63,768 bases of DNA, taken from positions 1-63,768 of the IMG/VR virus record IMGVR_UViG_3300036398_002458; one strand, 5' to 3'. A program made the position numbers and the translations under genes. This document shows, one piece after another, positions 28,622 to 36,623 of the stretch (positions are counted from its first letter, which is position 1; every line of letters begins with the position of its first letter). The stretch comes from a virus (Duplodnaviria; Caudoviricetes). A model generated the notes under the pieces. The model saw nothing but the letters and a program-made list of their open reading frames with translations, was not told the DNA's origin and did not search any database.

Positions 28622-29091
28622 GGCTTGAACATGCTGTTCATGGTTTCTTGGTAATCGAACACGCTGTCGAAGCAGTCCATCACCCGGACCTGTGCGGAAC
28701 TGACGCCGCGCAAGCGGTCGTTGTACGTAAACACTTCCTTGGGAATCGCCGCGTGGCCCAGTGCGAAGTCGCGCCCCAGTTGCGTGGGACGCCACAGCCC
28801 CGAGTGCTTGGACTTGCTGCCCTTGACGGGTGCGTTGCGCTCGATCAGCCCCCAGAACTTCAGCGTGGACATGGAGTTGGTGCGCACCAACCACCGGGGC
28901 GCCGTGTTCGGCACGTCGATCCATCCGTTGCTGAGCGGCGTCTGACATAGCCAGAGCAGGGCCCGCACTCGGGCGCGGGTCACGGCATGTTTGTACGTCT
29001 TGCCCCACCGTGCACACACGAGGCAGTGCCCGCCCTTGCGGTCTATCGTCTCATGCCACGCGGTTTGCAGTTGGCTCAGGGTCGGTTCCAT
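28618..29091 (-). CDS. Hypothetical protein
   Basis: 157 aa, GGAG RBS, CxxC near the N-terminus. Confidence 0.75.
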   Translation of the reverse strand: MEPTLSQLQTAWHETIDRKGGHCLVCARWGKTYKHAVTRARVRALLWLCQTPLSNGWIDVPNTAPRWLVRTNSMSTLKFWGLIERNAPVKGSKSKHSGLWRPTQLGRDFALGHAAIPKEVFTYNDRLRGVSSAQVRVMDCFDSVFDYQETMNSMFKP

Positions 29092-29425
29092 TGTGTTTCT
29101 CCATTTCAGTTTCTAGTAATTTGTCGATGTAGTGGCGCGCCTTCTTCAGATCTTCTATTCCATTCTTGTGTCGCCATCGGCTGAGGTACTTGACGGCGTT
29201 GCCATCCAAGTAGCCAAGACCCCAGTCAAGGATAACGTCCCAGGTTTCGTACCTGAACTGCTTGTAGTGAGCGCCTCCTTCCTGGCGATCATTTGCGCGT
29301 AGTAGGCTTTCTCCTGCCTCGATGTCCTCACTGCCTGCTCGTGGCGGTGGGGGTTGTTGTGCAACCCCAGTCTCAGGTCTTCTGCTGTTCCCATTGTCGT
29401 AAAGCGTGTTCCACAGGTCTTGCAT
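29051..29425 (-). CDS. DUF3310 (SaV-like) protein; start uncertain
   Basis: ANDRQEGGAHYK..GNAVKYLSRWRHKNGIEDLKKARHYIDKL. Confidence 0.8.
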   Translation of the reverse strand: MQDLWNTLYDNGNSRRPETGVAQQPPPPRAGSEDIEAGESLLRANDRQEGGAHYKQFRYETWDVILDWGLGYLDGNAVKYLSRWRHKNGIEDLKKARHYIDKLLETEMEKHNGTDPEPTANRVA

Positions 29426-29508
29426 TCATATCTCCTTCGCTTCAAGCCATTTGCGGCTCTTCGGGTTTCAAGGGTGTATGTGTTAGCACCGCACTCAGGG
29501 CATTGCAT
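29155..29508 (-). CDS. NrdR-like zinc-ribbon protein
   Basis: MQCPECG..ETR..RRRYECKTCGTRFTT. Confidence 0.75.
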   Translation of the reverse strand: MQCPECGANTYTLETRRAANGLKRRRYECKTCGTRFTTMGTAEDLRLGLHNNPHRHEQAVRTSRQEKAYYAQMIARKEALTTSSSGTKPGTLSLTGVLATWMATPSSTSADGDTRME

Positions 29509-29849
29509 CTAATTAACTCCATGATCTTTATCTGTTTCTTCTTGGCGCGATAGGCGATCTGTCGTTCAGCCTGCGTCTTCTTCTGACGCCGCTTGTCGTT
29601 GCCCTCACCAAGTTTGTAGATCTTAGACAGGTCCCGACCCCGTGGGTCTTTCTCCCACCCGCTAATGTGGGCAGCGCCCGCACGGTGCAGTTCCCTGGTG
29701 TACTGGCACACGGTCACGTAGTGCAACCCGGTCATCTCCGCCAGTTCGGCACAGGTGTACGTGCCTTCGAGTAGTAGTTTGATGAGTTGCGCCTGCATGA
29801 TCGCGTTGATCTTGATCTGCCGTTTACCCTTGGGGTTTGGTGGGTTCAA
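29442..29849 (-). CDS. Winged-HTH DNA-binding protein
   Basis: YTCAELAEMTGLHYVTVCQYTRELHRAG. Confidence 0.7.
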   Translation of the reverse strand: MNPPNPKGKRQIKINAIMQAQLIKLLLEGTYTCAELAEMTGLHYVTVCQYTRELHRAGAAHISGWEKDPRGRDLSKIYKLGEGNDKRRQKKTQAERQIAYRAKKKQIKIMELIRCNALSAVLTHTPLKPEEPQMA

Positions 29850-30069
29850 GTTTTTTCCTCAGTCGAATCAGTTCATCGAGCATCCGCTCCATCTGGTCTG
29901 CGGCGTGTAGGTGGAACGGACTGATGGGGATGTTGCGTGCGAGGCTTCGCATCATGCCGATGGTGACTCGCACTGATCTCTCAGACACCTTCTGCCTTGA
30001 CTTGGGCTCCGCATCTATCTGCGCCAGTACCTTGGTTGCCTTCTGATTTGCGTTGTGGTCGCCGCTCAT
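29824..30069 (-). CDS. Hypothetical protein
   Basis: Start ATG 30069 overlaps the upstream stop. Confidence 0.6.
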   Translation of the reverse strand: MSGDHNANQKATKVLAQIDAEPKSRQKVSERSVRVTIGMMRSLARNIPISPFHLHAADQMERMLDELIRLRKKLEPTKPQG

Positions 30070-30287
30070 TCCCGCCCCCTTGCTCTGATTGCTGCGGCGC
30101 AGTCCATCGTTGCTGCCTTCCGTGTGCTGTCTTGGTTCCAAGCCAAAATCTCACACACATTTGCACACGCCTCACGCTCGGCCTCCAACGCCCGGTTCGC
30201 CAGTTCTAGCGCGTTCTTCAGTCGATGCAGTTCTGCCTCAACCTCTTTAAGTTTGTCGATGGCAGCAAATGTTTTCGCGTGGGTCAT
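30066..30287 (-). CDS. Hypothetical protein (EREACA..AIRARG type)
   Basis: Translationally coupled; shares motif with 30508-30726. Confidence 0.7.
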   Translation of the reverse strand: MTHAKTFAAIDKLKEVEAELHRLKNALELANRALEAEREACANVCEILAWNQDSTRKAATMDCAAAIRARGRE

Positions 30288-30511
30288 TTCTTCCCCCTGT
30301 CTTTGAGTTGCCCCGGTTCAGGTGCCAACAGTGCCGCATCAAACAACTGTCGCAGCGTCGCAAAGATTCGATCTTGCTCGTACCGGGCAACGAGATCAGC
30401 GAACCGTTCCATCTCCTCCGTCCAGTACCCATCTGTGATCCATACCCCCTCGTCGGTGGTGTCGGTAAACCCGGCTTCTCGCGCCAGTTCAAGTACCTTC
30501 CAGTTTTTCAT
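30284..30511 (-). CDS. Hypothetical protein (ELAREAG..ERFADLV type)
   Basis: Translationally coupled; AAGGA RBS. Confidence 0.7.
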   Translation of the reverse strand: MKNWKVLELAREAGFTDTTDEGVWITDGYWTEEMERFADLVARYEQDRIFATLRQLFDAALLAPEPGQLKDRGKK

Positions 30512-30726
30512 TCCTTGCTCCTTGCTCTGATGGCGTCCCCATATGTGCCGCCGCCTTCCTTGAGTATGTGGTCAACCAACTTCGCGCACTCCTCTCGTTC
30601 CCGTTCAGCCACCAGTCGAGCAAAGTGTTCAAACGAAGCGATGCCCGTGCTAGAAGCGACCATGAAACGCCGGTCAATGTAGGCGTGTGCCTTGTTTGCC
30701 AGTTCAATGATTTCTTCTTGGGTCAT
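30508..30726 (-). CDS. Hypothetical protein (MTQEEIIELA..EREECAK..AIRAR)
   Basis: Translationally coupled ORF, related to the two downstream genes. Confidence 0.7.
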   Translation of the reverse strand: MTQEEIIELANKAHAYIDRRFMVASSTGIASFEHFARLVAEREREECAKLVDHILKEGGGTYGDAIRARSKE

Positions 30727-31034
30727 ATCCCGCTCCCCTTCCGGCATGGCCACGCTGCGCGCATTGCCTGGGAGGCCAAGAAGTCGGCAGACAAGTGCCT
30801 CTGCTCTGGCCTGTTTTCCAGATAGCGTTTAACCACATCAAGCGCCTGCCCCAATGTCACATCGCTTGGTGAGCAGAACAGAACCTTGTCGTTGGCATCA
30901 TGGACACCCGCCACATAGAACATGACCTGAGAAAGCCGCCCATCTCGCAGGCGCTCGTAGAGTTCGTTCCCGCTGAAGAACTGTGCCTGGGCGGGGCCGC
31001 TGCACAGCGCCAAGACTGCAATCCATTTCTTCAT
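30723..31034 (-). CDS. Secreted Rap1a/Tai-like immunity-family protein
   Basis: Signal peptide [17 protein letters not shown], then SGNELY..YVAGVHD..FCSP..VTLGQ..VVKRYLENRPEQRH..A..AMRAAWPC. Confidence 0.75.
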   Translation of the reverse strand: MKKWIAVLALCSGPAQAQFFSGNELYERLRDGRLSQVMFYVAGVHDANDKVLFCSPSDVTLGQALDVVKRYLENRPEQRHLSADFLASQAMRAAWPCRKGSGI

Positions 31035-31150
31035 ATCATTCCCCACAAGTAAGTCAGCAACATCATCAGCGTCACGAACGGGGCGAGGAACACCACGACC
31101 ATGACGGTGATCAGCCAGTACAGGACGATGAATTCACCAAGCCATCTCAT
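31031..31150 (-). CDS. Small hydrophobic membrane peptide, 39 aa
   Basis: AAGGAG RBS; [39 protein letters not shown]. Confidence 0.6.
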   Translation of the reverse strand: MRWLGEFIVLYWLITVMVVVFLAPFVTLMMLLTYLWGMI

Positions 31151-31875
31151 GTTTGCGTCTCCTTCTTCTCTTTCTTGCGCTGCTCTTCTTCCCACGCAGC
31201 GCGTTCGTCCGGGCTCATCTTGGCCCACTCATGCGCTTGCCTGATGGCGTCGAAGTCCACGCCCTTTGAAATCCCTGCGCATTCGCGCAGTGTGTCCACG
31301 CGGGTAGGGTGCTTGAGTTTACGGATGGCCTTTGTCTCGATCTGACGGATGCGTTCCCGGCACACATCGAACTTGGCGCTCACCTCTTCCAACGTGAGTT
31401 CGCTCTGAGTGTCGATACCAAACCGCAGACGTAACACCTTGGCCTCTCGCGGCGTTAGGCTGTCGAGCATCTCGGCTACAACACGATGCCGATCTTCTTC
31501 CTCCAGGCCCGCATCGGGGGCGGGGGCCTCAAGCAACTCCCCGGTGTGCCGTGCAAGCATCTCCACCATCGCCCTGTGGCTCATGCCAAAGTGCGACTTG
31601 TTGGTGGGCAGCACAAACAGCAACTGCTCAGGCGTCCACAGGTCTTCGGGCAACACCCCCAGGAACTCGCAAAGGCGTTGAGCGGTGGGAATGATCTCCC
31701 CGCTCTTGCCCATCGGTGACGCCTTGAAGTTAATCAAATTACCGATGTGCGTCGGGGTCAGGTTTGCAGCCTTGCAGAACTGCGCCACATTTGCGTAGCC
31801 CGCCTTCTCGATGGCGTTGAGGATGAGGTTGTTCCTGACCTTGAGGTCTATGCGGTATTCGCCGTCGTCGCTCAT
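31147..31875 (-). CDS. XRE-type HTH fused to a sigma70 region 4 domain
   Basis: N-terminal [36 protein letters not shown]; C-terminal [45 protein letters not shown], closely RpoD region 4-like; no region 2. Confidence 0.85.
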   Translation of the reverse strand: MSDDGEYRIDLKVRNNLILNAIEKAGYANVAQFCKAANLTPTHIGNLINFKASPMGKSGEIIPTAQRLCEFLGVLPEDLWTPEQLLFVLPTNKSHFGMSHRAMVEMLARHTGELLEAPAPDAGLEEEDRHRVVAEMLDSLTPREAKVLRLRFGIDTQSELTLEEVSAKFDVCRERIRQIETKAIRKLKHPTRVDTLRECAGISKGVDFDAIRQAHEWAKMSPDERAAWEEEQRKKEKKETQT

Positions 31876-31994
31876 GTCAACCACCCTGCCCAGTGAAGGA
31901 AGTACACCAGGGAGAAGAACAGAAAGCCCAGTGCCATCAGCATGGCGATGAGCCACCCCAACTCTTCCATGCCATCGTCTTCATAACGATTCAT
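31872..31994 (-). CDS. Small single-TM peptide, 40 aa
   Basis: GGAGG RBS; coupled by ATGA overlaps on both sides. Confidence 0.6.
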   Translation of the reverse strand: MNRYEDDGMEELGWLIAMLMALGFLFFSLVYFLHWAGWLT

Positions 31995-32101
31995 TGCTTG
32001 TTCCTCCAGAACCATCTCTCGATGGCGATGCGAATACCAAACGCTACGACGGCCATGAATAGCCACCACAGCACCAGATAGAAGACCATCTCAGCGTCCA
32101 T
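31991..32101 (-). CDS. Small single-TM peptide, 36 aa (not in ORF track)
   Basis: GGAG RBS; [36 protein letters not shown]. Confidence 0.6.
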   Translation of the reverse strand: MDAEMVFYLVLWWLFMAVVAFGIRIAIERWFWRNKQ

Positions 32102-32309
32102 TTGGTTTCTCCGCTAAACCGCGCCACTCGTCATTGCGGCAAATCCACAGCCCCACAACCTTGTCTTTGGGCTGCCACATCCACCGCTTGCCGGTCCAGT
32201 ACGCACGCACCCCCACGATACCTACGCCATGGTAGTCATACCACCCCACGTGCATCGGGCGGAACTCTTTGGCGCGGAACCACTGCGTAAGTTTGGGCTT
32301 GGTCTTCAT
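32091..32309 (-). CDS. Hypothetical Trp-rich protein
   Basis: 72 aa, LTQWF..PMHVGWY..YWTGKRW..WRGLAEKP. Confidence 0.7.
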   Translation of the reverse strand: MKTKPKLTQWFRAKEFRPMHVGWYDYHGVGIVGVRAYWTGKRWMWQPKDKVVGLWICRNDEWRGLAEKPNGR

Positions 32310-32830
32310 GCGAACATCCTCTTGAGTGCGGCGAACAGGTCGCGGGCTTGGGCGATGGTCAGCGTGGAGATCAGCGCGTCTACGTCGTAGGCGGGAGTCA
32401 CGGGCGCCGGGGCGGCGGGCACTTCTTTACGAGTGAGCACGACCTTGGGCTTGTCGGCCTTCGGGTTGCGCCCCGTGGGCGTGGGAGTGTTGCGGGCCTT
32501 GCGCAGTTTGCTCAGTTTGACCGGCGAGTATTCCTGAAGGTTTGTGAAGTACGTGCCGTTGGGCGCGCGAGTGATGATGCCTGTGCGGGACATCTGCGAC
32601 ACCAGTGCAGATACGGATGAGTCCTTGTGTCCCTTGGCTACCAGAGCATCGCGGATCTGGCGGGTGGTGCGGTGCGGGTTGTCGCGCACGTAGTTGAACG
32701 TCTCCCGCGTCACGTCAGTGGTGCGAGTAAAGAACGGGGGTAAGTTGGGTTTATGTTGTGTTTGCACGGTTTGCTCCGGTTGGTTCCATTCGTTAAGGAC
32801 TGATTGCAGTGCTGATTTCAGATCAGGCAT
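32306..32830 (-). CDS. Putative winged-helix DNA-binding protein
   Basis: TRETFNYVRDNP..SSVSALVSQMSRTG; GGAG RBS directly after a palindromic box. Confidence 0.65.
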   Translation of the reverse strand: MPDLKSALQSVLNEWNQPEQTVQTQHKPNLPPFFTRTTDVTRETFNYVRDNPHRTTRQIRDALVAKGHKDSSVSALVSQMSRTGIITRAPNGTYFTNLQEYSPVKLSKLRKARNTPTPTGRNPKADKPKVVLTRKEVPAAPAPVTPAYDVDALISTLTIAQARDLFAALKRMFA

Positions 32831-32840
32831 GGTGGGCTCC

Positions 32841-32855
32841 ATCTAAGGCTTAGAA
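32841..32855. repeat. Palindromic box (ATCTAAGGCTTAGAA, 14/15)
   Basis: Contains the TAA stop of 32850-33044. Confidence 0.9.
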
Positions 32856-33044
32856 GAGTTCAAGTTGACGGTCGTCCGGGTGCGGACGTGGGGCTTGCGG
32901 ATCGCGCTTGGCTTGCGCGTGTTGAAACTCGTCGATGTCCCGAAGGCGCATCTCCAGTCGCTCTCCCACGGCACGTGCCAGGGCGTCGCCCTTCAGGTAC
33001 ACCATGTTCAGCAACTCCTCATCACTTAGGTTCTCGTATCTCAT
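32850..33044 (-). CDS. Hypothetical protein, 64 aa
   Basis: Coupled ORF ending QLELF. Confidence 0.7.
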   Translation of the reverse strand: MRYENLSDEELLNMVYLKGDALARAVGERLEMRLRDIDEFQHAQAKRDPQAPRPHPDDRQLELF

Positions 33045-33442
33045 TTGCGCGGGTCCTCTAGGTCAATGAATGTGGTTAGGTGATGGTTCTTGTCGGTACG
33101 GAACCACAGGATCTCGTCCGGTGGCGGCTCGTTGGTCTTGCGTAGATGGCCGGATATCTTCGCCACCACGAGGATTGGCACAAGCCATACCGGCACGTTG
33201 TCTGTGTTTCCACGGTCAGTCCATTCGGTGCCGTCGTACCAACGCTTGATGAGATAGACATCCCCACGTCGCTCGTACCGGAACTCGTATTCGTCGTTTG
33301 TCATGTGGATTGATTTGTGTTGATGTCGGGCTCGTCGCAGTCCGTCGGCCCAGACAATCTCGTCTATCGATCGGTACCAGTCCTCATGGTCAGCAACCGT
33401 CTGCCTGATCTGCTCAAGCCAATACTGTTTGATCAGACCCAT
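33041..33442 (-). CDS. Hypothetical protein (start 33442 or 33304)
   Basis: ORF filling the operon; GGAG upstream of ATG 33442. Confidence 0.6.
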   Translation of the reverse strand: MGLIKQYWLEQIRQTVADHEDWYRSIDEIVWADGLRRARHQHKSIHMTNDEYEFRYERRGDVYLIKRWYDGTEWTDRGNTDNVPVWLVPILVVAKISGHLRKTNEPPPDEILWFRTDKNHHLTTFIDLEDPRK

Positions 33443-34331
33443 CGTCCACTCCCCAGTCGAATGCCGCCAGGATCGCGTCCACCTTCTGCTTGGTGGCCGC
33501 ACGGGTACCGTCGGACTCTCGCAAGTCCTTTGGTGTTACGCCAGACAGAACTTCCTCCAGACGACGCCGCGCCTTCTCCAGTGCAGGGTCGTTGGTGATG
33601 TTCATGTGCGTCAACAACTCGCACAACTCCACGGCGCCAGTGACCATGGTGTCGTGGAACTTGCGCTTCTTGCCGTCCTCTTCGATCACGAGCCGGTCGC
33701 TCAGGCGGGACAGCGCATCGTGCAGTCGAGTCCATGAGTCCTGCGCCGCCGCTTCCAACTGCTGCTCCATGCGCTTGTCGTACTGACGCATGAGATCGCG
33801 TTGCACTTCGCTCTCGATGTCGAGCCGGAAGTCGCCCGCCGTGGGCAGGGGAGAGAACGCAATGTCGAACCGGAACTTGCGCGCCACCTGCTCACGGGTG
33901 GGGTACTCATCACGATCAAAGAGCGTGCCCAACTGGAACGCGGCGGCGGCCACGAGCGTGTCGTACTTGTCGAGGAACGCCTCGACCAGACGGTTGAACT
34001 CAGCCTCATGCACATTCATCTCCGCCTTGTAGGACTGCAACAGGGCAGTGGGCAACAAGCGCGCGCCGTAGTCGTTCCAGGGCTTCGTGAGCCGGTAGTG
34101 GTCGGCACGGGCACGGGCTTGGTACTTGGTGATGGCGTCCAGTTCGGCACACTCTGCGAACAGAGACTTGTAGACAGACGCCGCCTTGGACGACTTCGCG
34201 CCCTTGGATTGCGTCACCTCGGCTTGCGTAGCCTTGTCCTGCTTGCGCCCCGAGTACAGGGAGATTTGCAGGTCCACGAGCATGGCCGCACGTGCCACGC
34301 CTGCTACGGGGTTGGTTTCGATGTAGTTCAT
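33414..34331 (-). CDS. DUF3150-like protein
   Basis: AMLVDLQISLYSGRKQD..TKPWNDYGARLLP..FDRDEYPT..GDFRLDI; linked to AAA and vWA genes. Confidence 0.6.
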   Translation of the reverse strand: MNYIETNPVAGVARAAMLVDLQISLYSGRKQDKATQAEVTQSKGAKSSKAASVYKSLFAECAELDAITKYQARARADHYRLTKPWNDYGARLLPTALLQSYKAEMNVHEAEFNRLVEAFLDKYDTLVAAAAFQLGTLFDRDEYPTREQVARKFRFDIAFSPLPTAGDFRLDIESEVQRDLMRQYDKRMEQQLEAAAQDSWTRLHDALSRLSDRLVIEEDGKKRKFHDTMVTGAVELCELLTHMNITNDPALEKARRRLEEVLSGVTPKDLRESDGTRAATKQKVDAILAAFDWGVDDGSDQTVLA

Positions 34332-34591
34332 TCTGATTTCTCCTGTTGCTTTTGAACGAATTTAATTGCTTCGACTTGCTCGTCGCTTACGACATTGATG
34401 GTCAGTTGCTCTAGCGGGTTGAATGGTTGGATGATTGGCAGGTAGTTGTTGCCGCTTCCAGTAGTCCCCTTGCCGTTGCCAATCCATTTGGTTTGCATGC
34501 TCTCGGCTTTGCACAGCAGCGTTGACAACGCTTCCAACTGCTCGTACGTCAGCAGCACCGTGTGGTCGCTGATCTCGACTTTGAATCTCAT
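34328..34591 (-). CDS. Hypothetical protein
   Basis: 87 aa, AGGAG RBS, coupled. Confidence 0.75.
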   Translation of the reverse strand: MRFKVEISDHTVLLTYEQLEALSTLLCKAESMQTKWIGNGKGTTGSGNNYLPIIQPFNPLEQLTINVVSDEQVEAIKFVQKQQEKSE

Positions 34592-35202
34592 ACGGTTTCT
34601 CCTTCGATTTCAAACTTCACTTCGTTGATCTCGCACGACTCTATGAAATACTCCTCGGACGAGATGTGGTCCCACTCCGACCGCAACGCGTCGAGCAGAA
34701 CGTCGGCTTTTTCTTGTGCGAACTCCCGCACCACTTCCTCGATGCGGGACTCTCGCCACTGGTCGTCTAGCAGTTCTTCCCAAGTCTCTTCGTCCAACTC
34801 GGAGAAGATTCCGCGCGGCGCCATGAAGCGGGTGTTTTCCTGAATGTCTACCTCCAGGGTCTTGTTCCGCCATCCAGTCAGATACACCCGTGCCCACGAG
34901 CGATCGTGCTCCACAGCGATGTACAAAGCCGGGTAGCGTTCGTCCAGCCCCTTGCGCTTCATGAAGGGAGCGAGGTGAAACGAGCCCTGCCAAGCGGCAT
35001 CAGCGTGGCCGTAGTCGATGCCCTCGAACTGGATGTCCGCCACCTGCACTCCCAACTCGTCCATCTGCTGTTTGAAGTCGTCCTCCACCGTGTCCCACCA
35101 CTCGGGGTGAAGGCAGTTGTCGAGGAAGCCCTGATGCTCTTTCTCAAACCGCTTTGGGTCTAGCGTCTTGAGTTCGTGGATGTCTACTTCGCGTGTAGTC
35201 AT
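34588..35202 (-). CDS. Acidic hypothetical protein, 204 aa
   Basis: About a quarter Asp/Glu; GGAG RBS immediately after a palindromic box. Confidence 0.8.
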   Translation of the reverse strand: MTTREVDIHELKTLDPKRFEKEHQGFLDNCLHPEWWDTVEDDFKQQMDELGVQVADIQFEGIDYGHADAAWQGSFHLAPFMKRKGLDERYPALYIAVEHDRSWARVYLTGWRNKTLEVDIQENTRFMAPRGIFSELDEETWEELLDDQWRESRIEEVVREFAQEKADVLLDALRSEWDHISSEEYFIESCEINEVKFEIEGETV

Positions 35203-35213
35203 TTCATTTCTCC

Positions 35214-35228
35214 ATCTAAGGCTTAGAT
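35214..35228. repeat. Palindromic box ATCTAAGGCTTAGAT
   Basis: Supplies ATC TAA, the last codon and stop of the vWA gene. Confidence 0.95.
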
Positions 35229-36407
35229 GTCCAGGTGAATCGTGGTGCCGAACGGCGCCACAAGGTTAGAAGTCACAGCCCACAGGGTTGGGATGGTGGT
35301 GCGTCCCCAGTCCCCGACATACCCGTCGGTGAACTGCACGATGGCCTGGGGAGCCAAACTTTTTTCTTTCAAGTAATCAAACAACACCGACCCGTCGGTG
35401 CCGCCGCCACCCTTGATCTTCAGGTCCTGCACGGCGAACTGACCATCCTCGAAAGTTTGATGCCCGGCCACCTCGGTGTCCCAATAGATCACGTGGACCT
35501 TGCCCGGCTTGACCTGTTCGATGATGGTGCGCAACTCCGAAACGAACCGCGTCATTTCATCGCCGCCGAAAACCGAGCCGGAGGTATCGAACCCGATCAC
35601 CAACTCGGTGATAGTGATGCCCTGCATGGACGGCATGTAGATGTCGTCGGCCAAGAACCTACGGTTGGGCTTGCGCCACGTGGACTCGTCGCGTCCCTGG
35701 CACATCTCTTGGATGAACTCACGCAACGCCTTGCGCCAGTCAACCTTGGGTGCAAGCAAGTCGCCGAAGATACCGTCGGCCATGCCCGCGCCCTTGCCTG
35801 CCAACTTCTGACGCAACATCTCGCCCTGGCGCACGGCACGTGCGATCTCCTGGGCTTGTGCTTCTGCGGCTTTCTTGGCCTCATCGCCACCGTCCCTGGC
35901 GTTCTCCCAGTCGTGCGTGTCGAGCCCGCCATCGCCGTCCCCATCGCCGCTCTCGCCCCCATCAGGCGGCGGGTTCTTCTTCAGGTCGTCGAAGATCTGA
36001 CGCACCGACCAGCCCCGGTACTTCTCGTCGGGCTTGATGCCGATCTTGGGCATGCGGATGAACCCCTCGCCCGCATCCATGTCCACGAGTGCGAGGTTGA
36101 CAAAGTAGTCGGCGGCTACGTTGGCAAGGTGCGGGTCCTCGTCGTGCAGGTCCTGCCACGTGTGCAGGTGGCGATACGCCTTGTGCGTGGCCTCGTGCAA
36201 CACCACGAAGCGCAACTCCGGGTCGGTCGGCATGTACTGCTTCATGAACTCGGGGTTGTACTTCACGTCCCAACCATTCGTGGCGGCGGTGGGCACCTCG
36301 TCGGTGACCTCGACCTTGCCGCATGCCAGGACCCCGGCATACACGCATGCCTTCTTGTGTTGCATGATGGCGATGTGCGCCTTGCGGATACGATCAATCG
36401 GTTCCAT
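35223..36407 (-). CDS. DUF2201-type metallopeptidase plus vWA domain protein
   Basis: PTAATNG, LHEATHK (HExxH), FDTSGS MIDAS, GGGGTD, FTDGY. Confidence 0.88.
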   Translation of the reverse strand: MEPIDRIRKAHIAIMQHKKACVYAGVLACGKVEVTDEVPTAATNGWDVKYNPEFMKQYMPTDPELRFVVLHEATHKAYRHLHTWQDLHDEDPHLANVAADYFVNLALVDMDAGEGFIRMPKIGIKPDEKYRGWSVRQIFDDLKKNPPPDGGESGDGDGDGGLDTHDWENARDGGDEAKKAAEAQAQEIARAVRQGEMLRQKLAGKGAGMADGIFGDLLAPKVDWRKALREFIQEMCQGRDESTWRKPNRRFLADDIYMPSMQGITITELVIGFDTSGSVFGGDEMTRFVSELRTIIEQVKPGKVHVIYWDTEVAGHQTFEDGQFAVQDLKIKGGGGTDGSVLFDYLKEKSLAPQAIVQFTDGYVGDWGRTTIPTLWAVTSNLVAPFGTTIHLDI

Positions 36408-36423
36408 GGTTTCTCCTGTTGTG

Positions 36424-36438
36424 ATCTAAGGCTTAGAT
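36424..36438. repeat. Palindromic box ATCTAAGGCTTAGAT
   Basis: Intergenic, 16 nt before the vWA start codon. Confidence 0.95.
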
Positions 36439-36445
36439 GTTGTGG

Positions 36446-36613
36446 CTACTTGATTCCCCTGCCTATGAAGGCAGTCTGGATACGGTGCGCATCACGGGAT
36501 TCGACGTGGTTCTTCATGGGTGGGGTGTATGCCTTGCTGATGCGAGCAGGGCTCCAGTCCTTGTGCAAGCGCACACGGCGCGTTCCGTTGCTGAGGTATT
36601 CGATGACTAGCAT
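36446..36613 (-). CDS. Small hypothetical protein, 55 aa
   Basis: MLVIEYLSNG..; fills the AAA-vWA gap; AAGGGG RBS. Confidence 0.55.
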   Translation of the reverse strand: MLVIEYLSNGTRRVRLHKDWSPARISKAYTPPMKNHVESRDAHRIQTAFIGRGIK

Positions 36614-36623
36614 GGCGGCCCCC

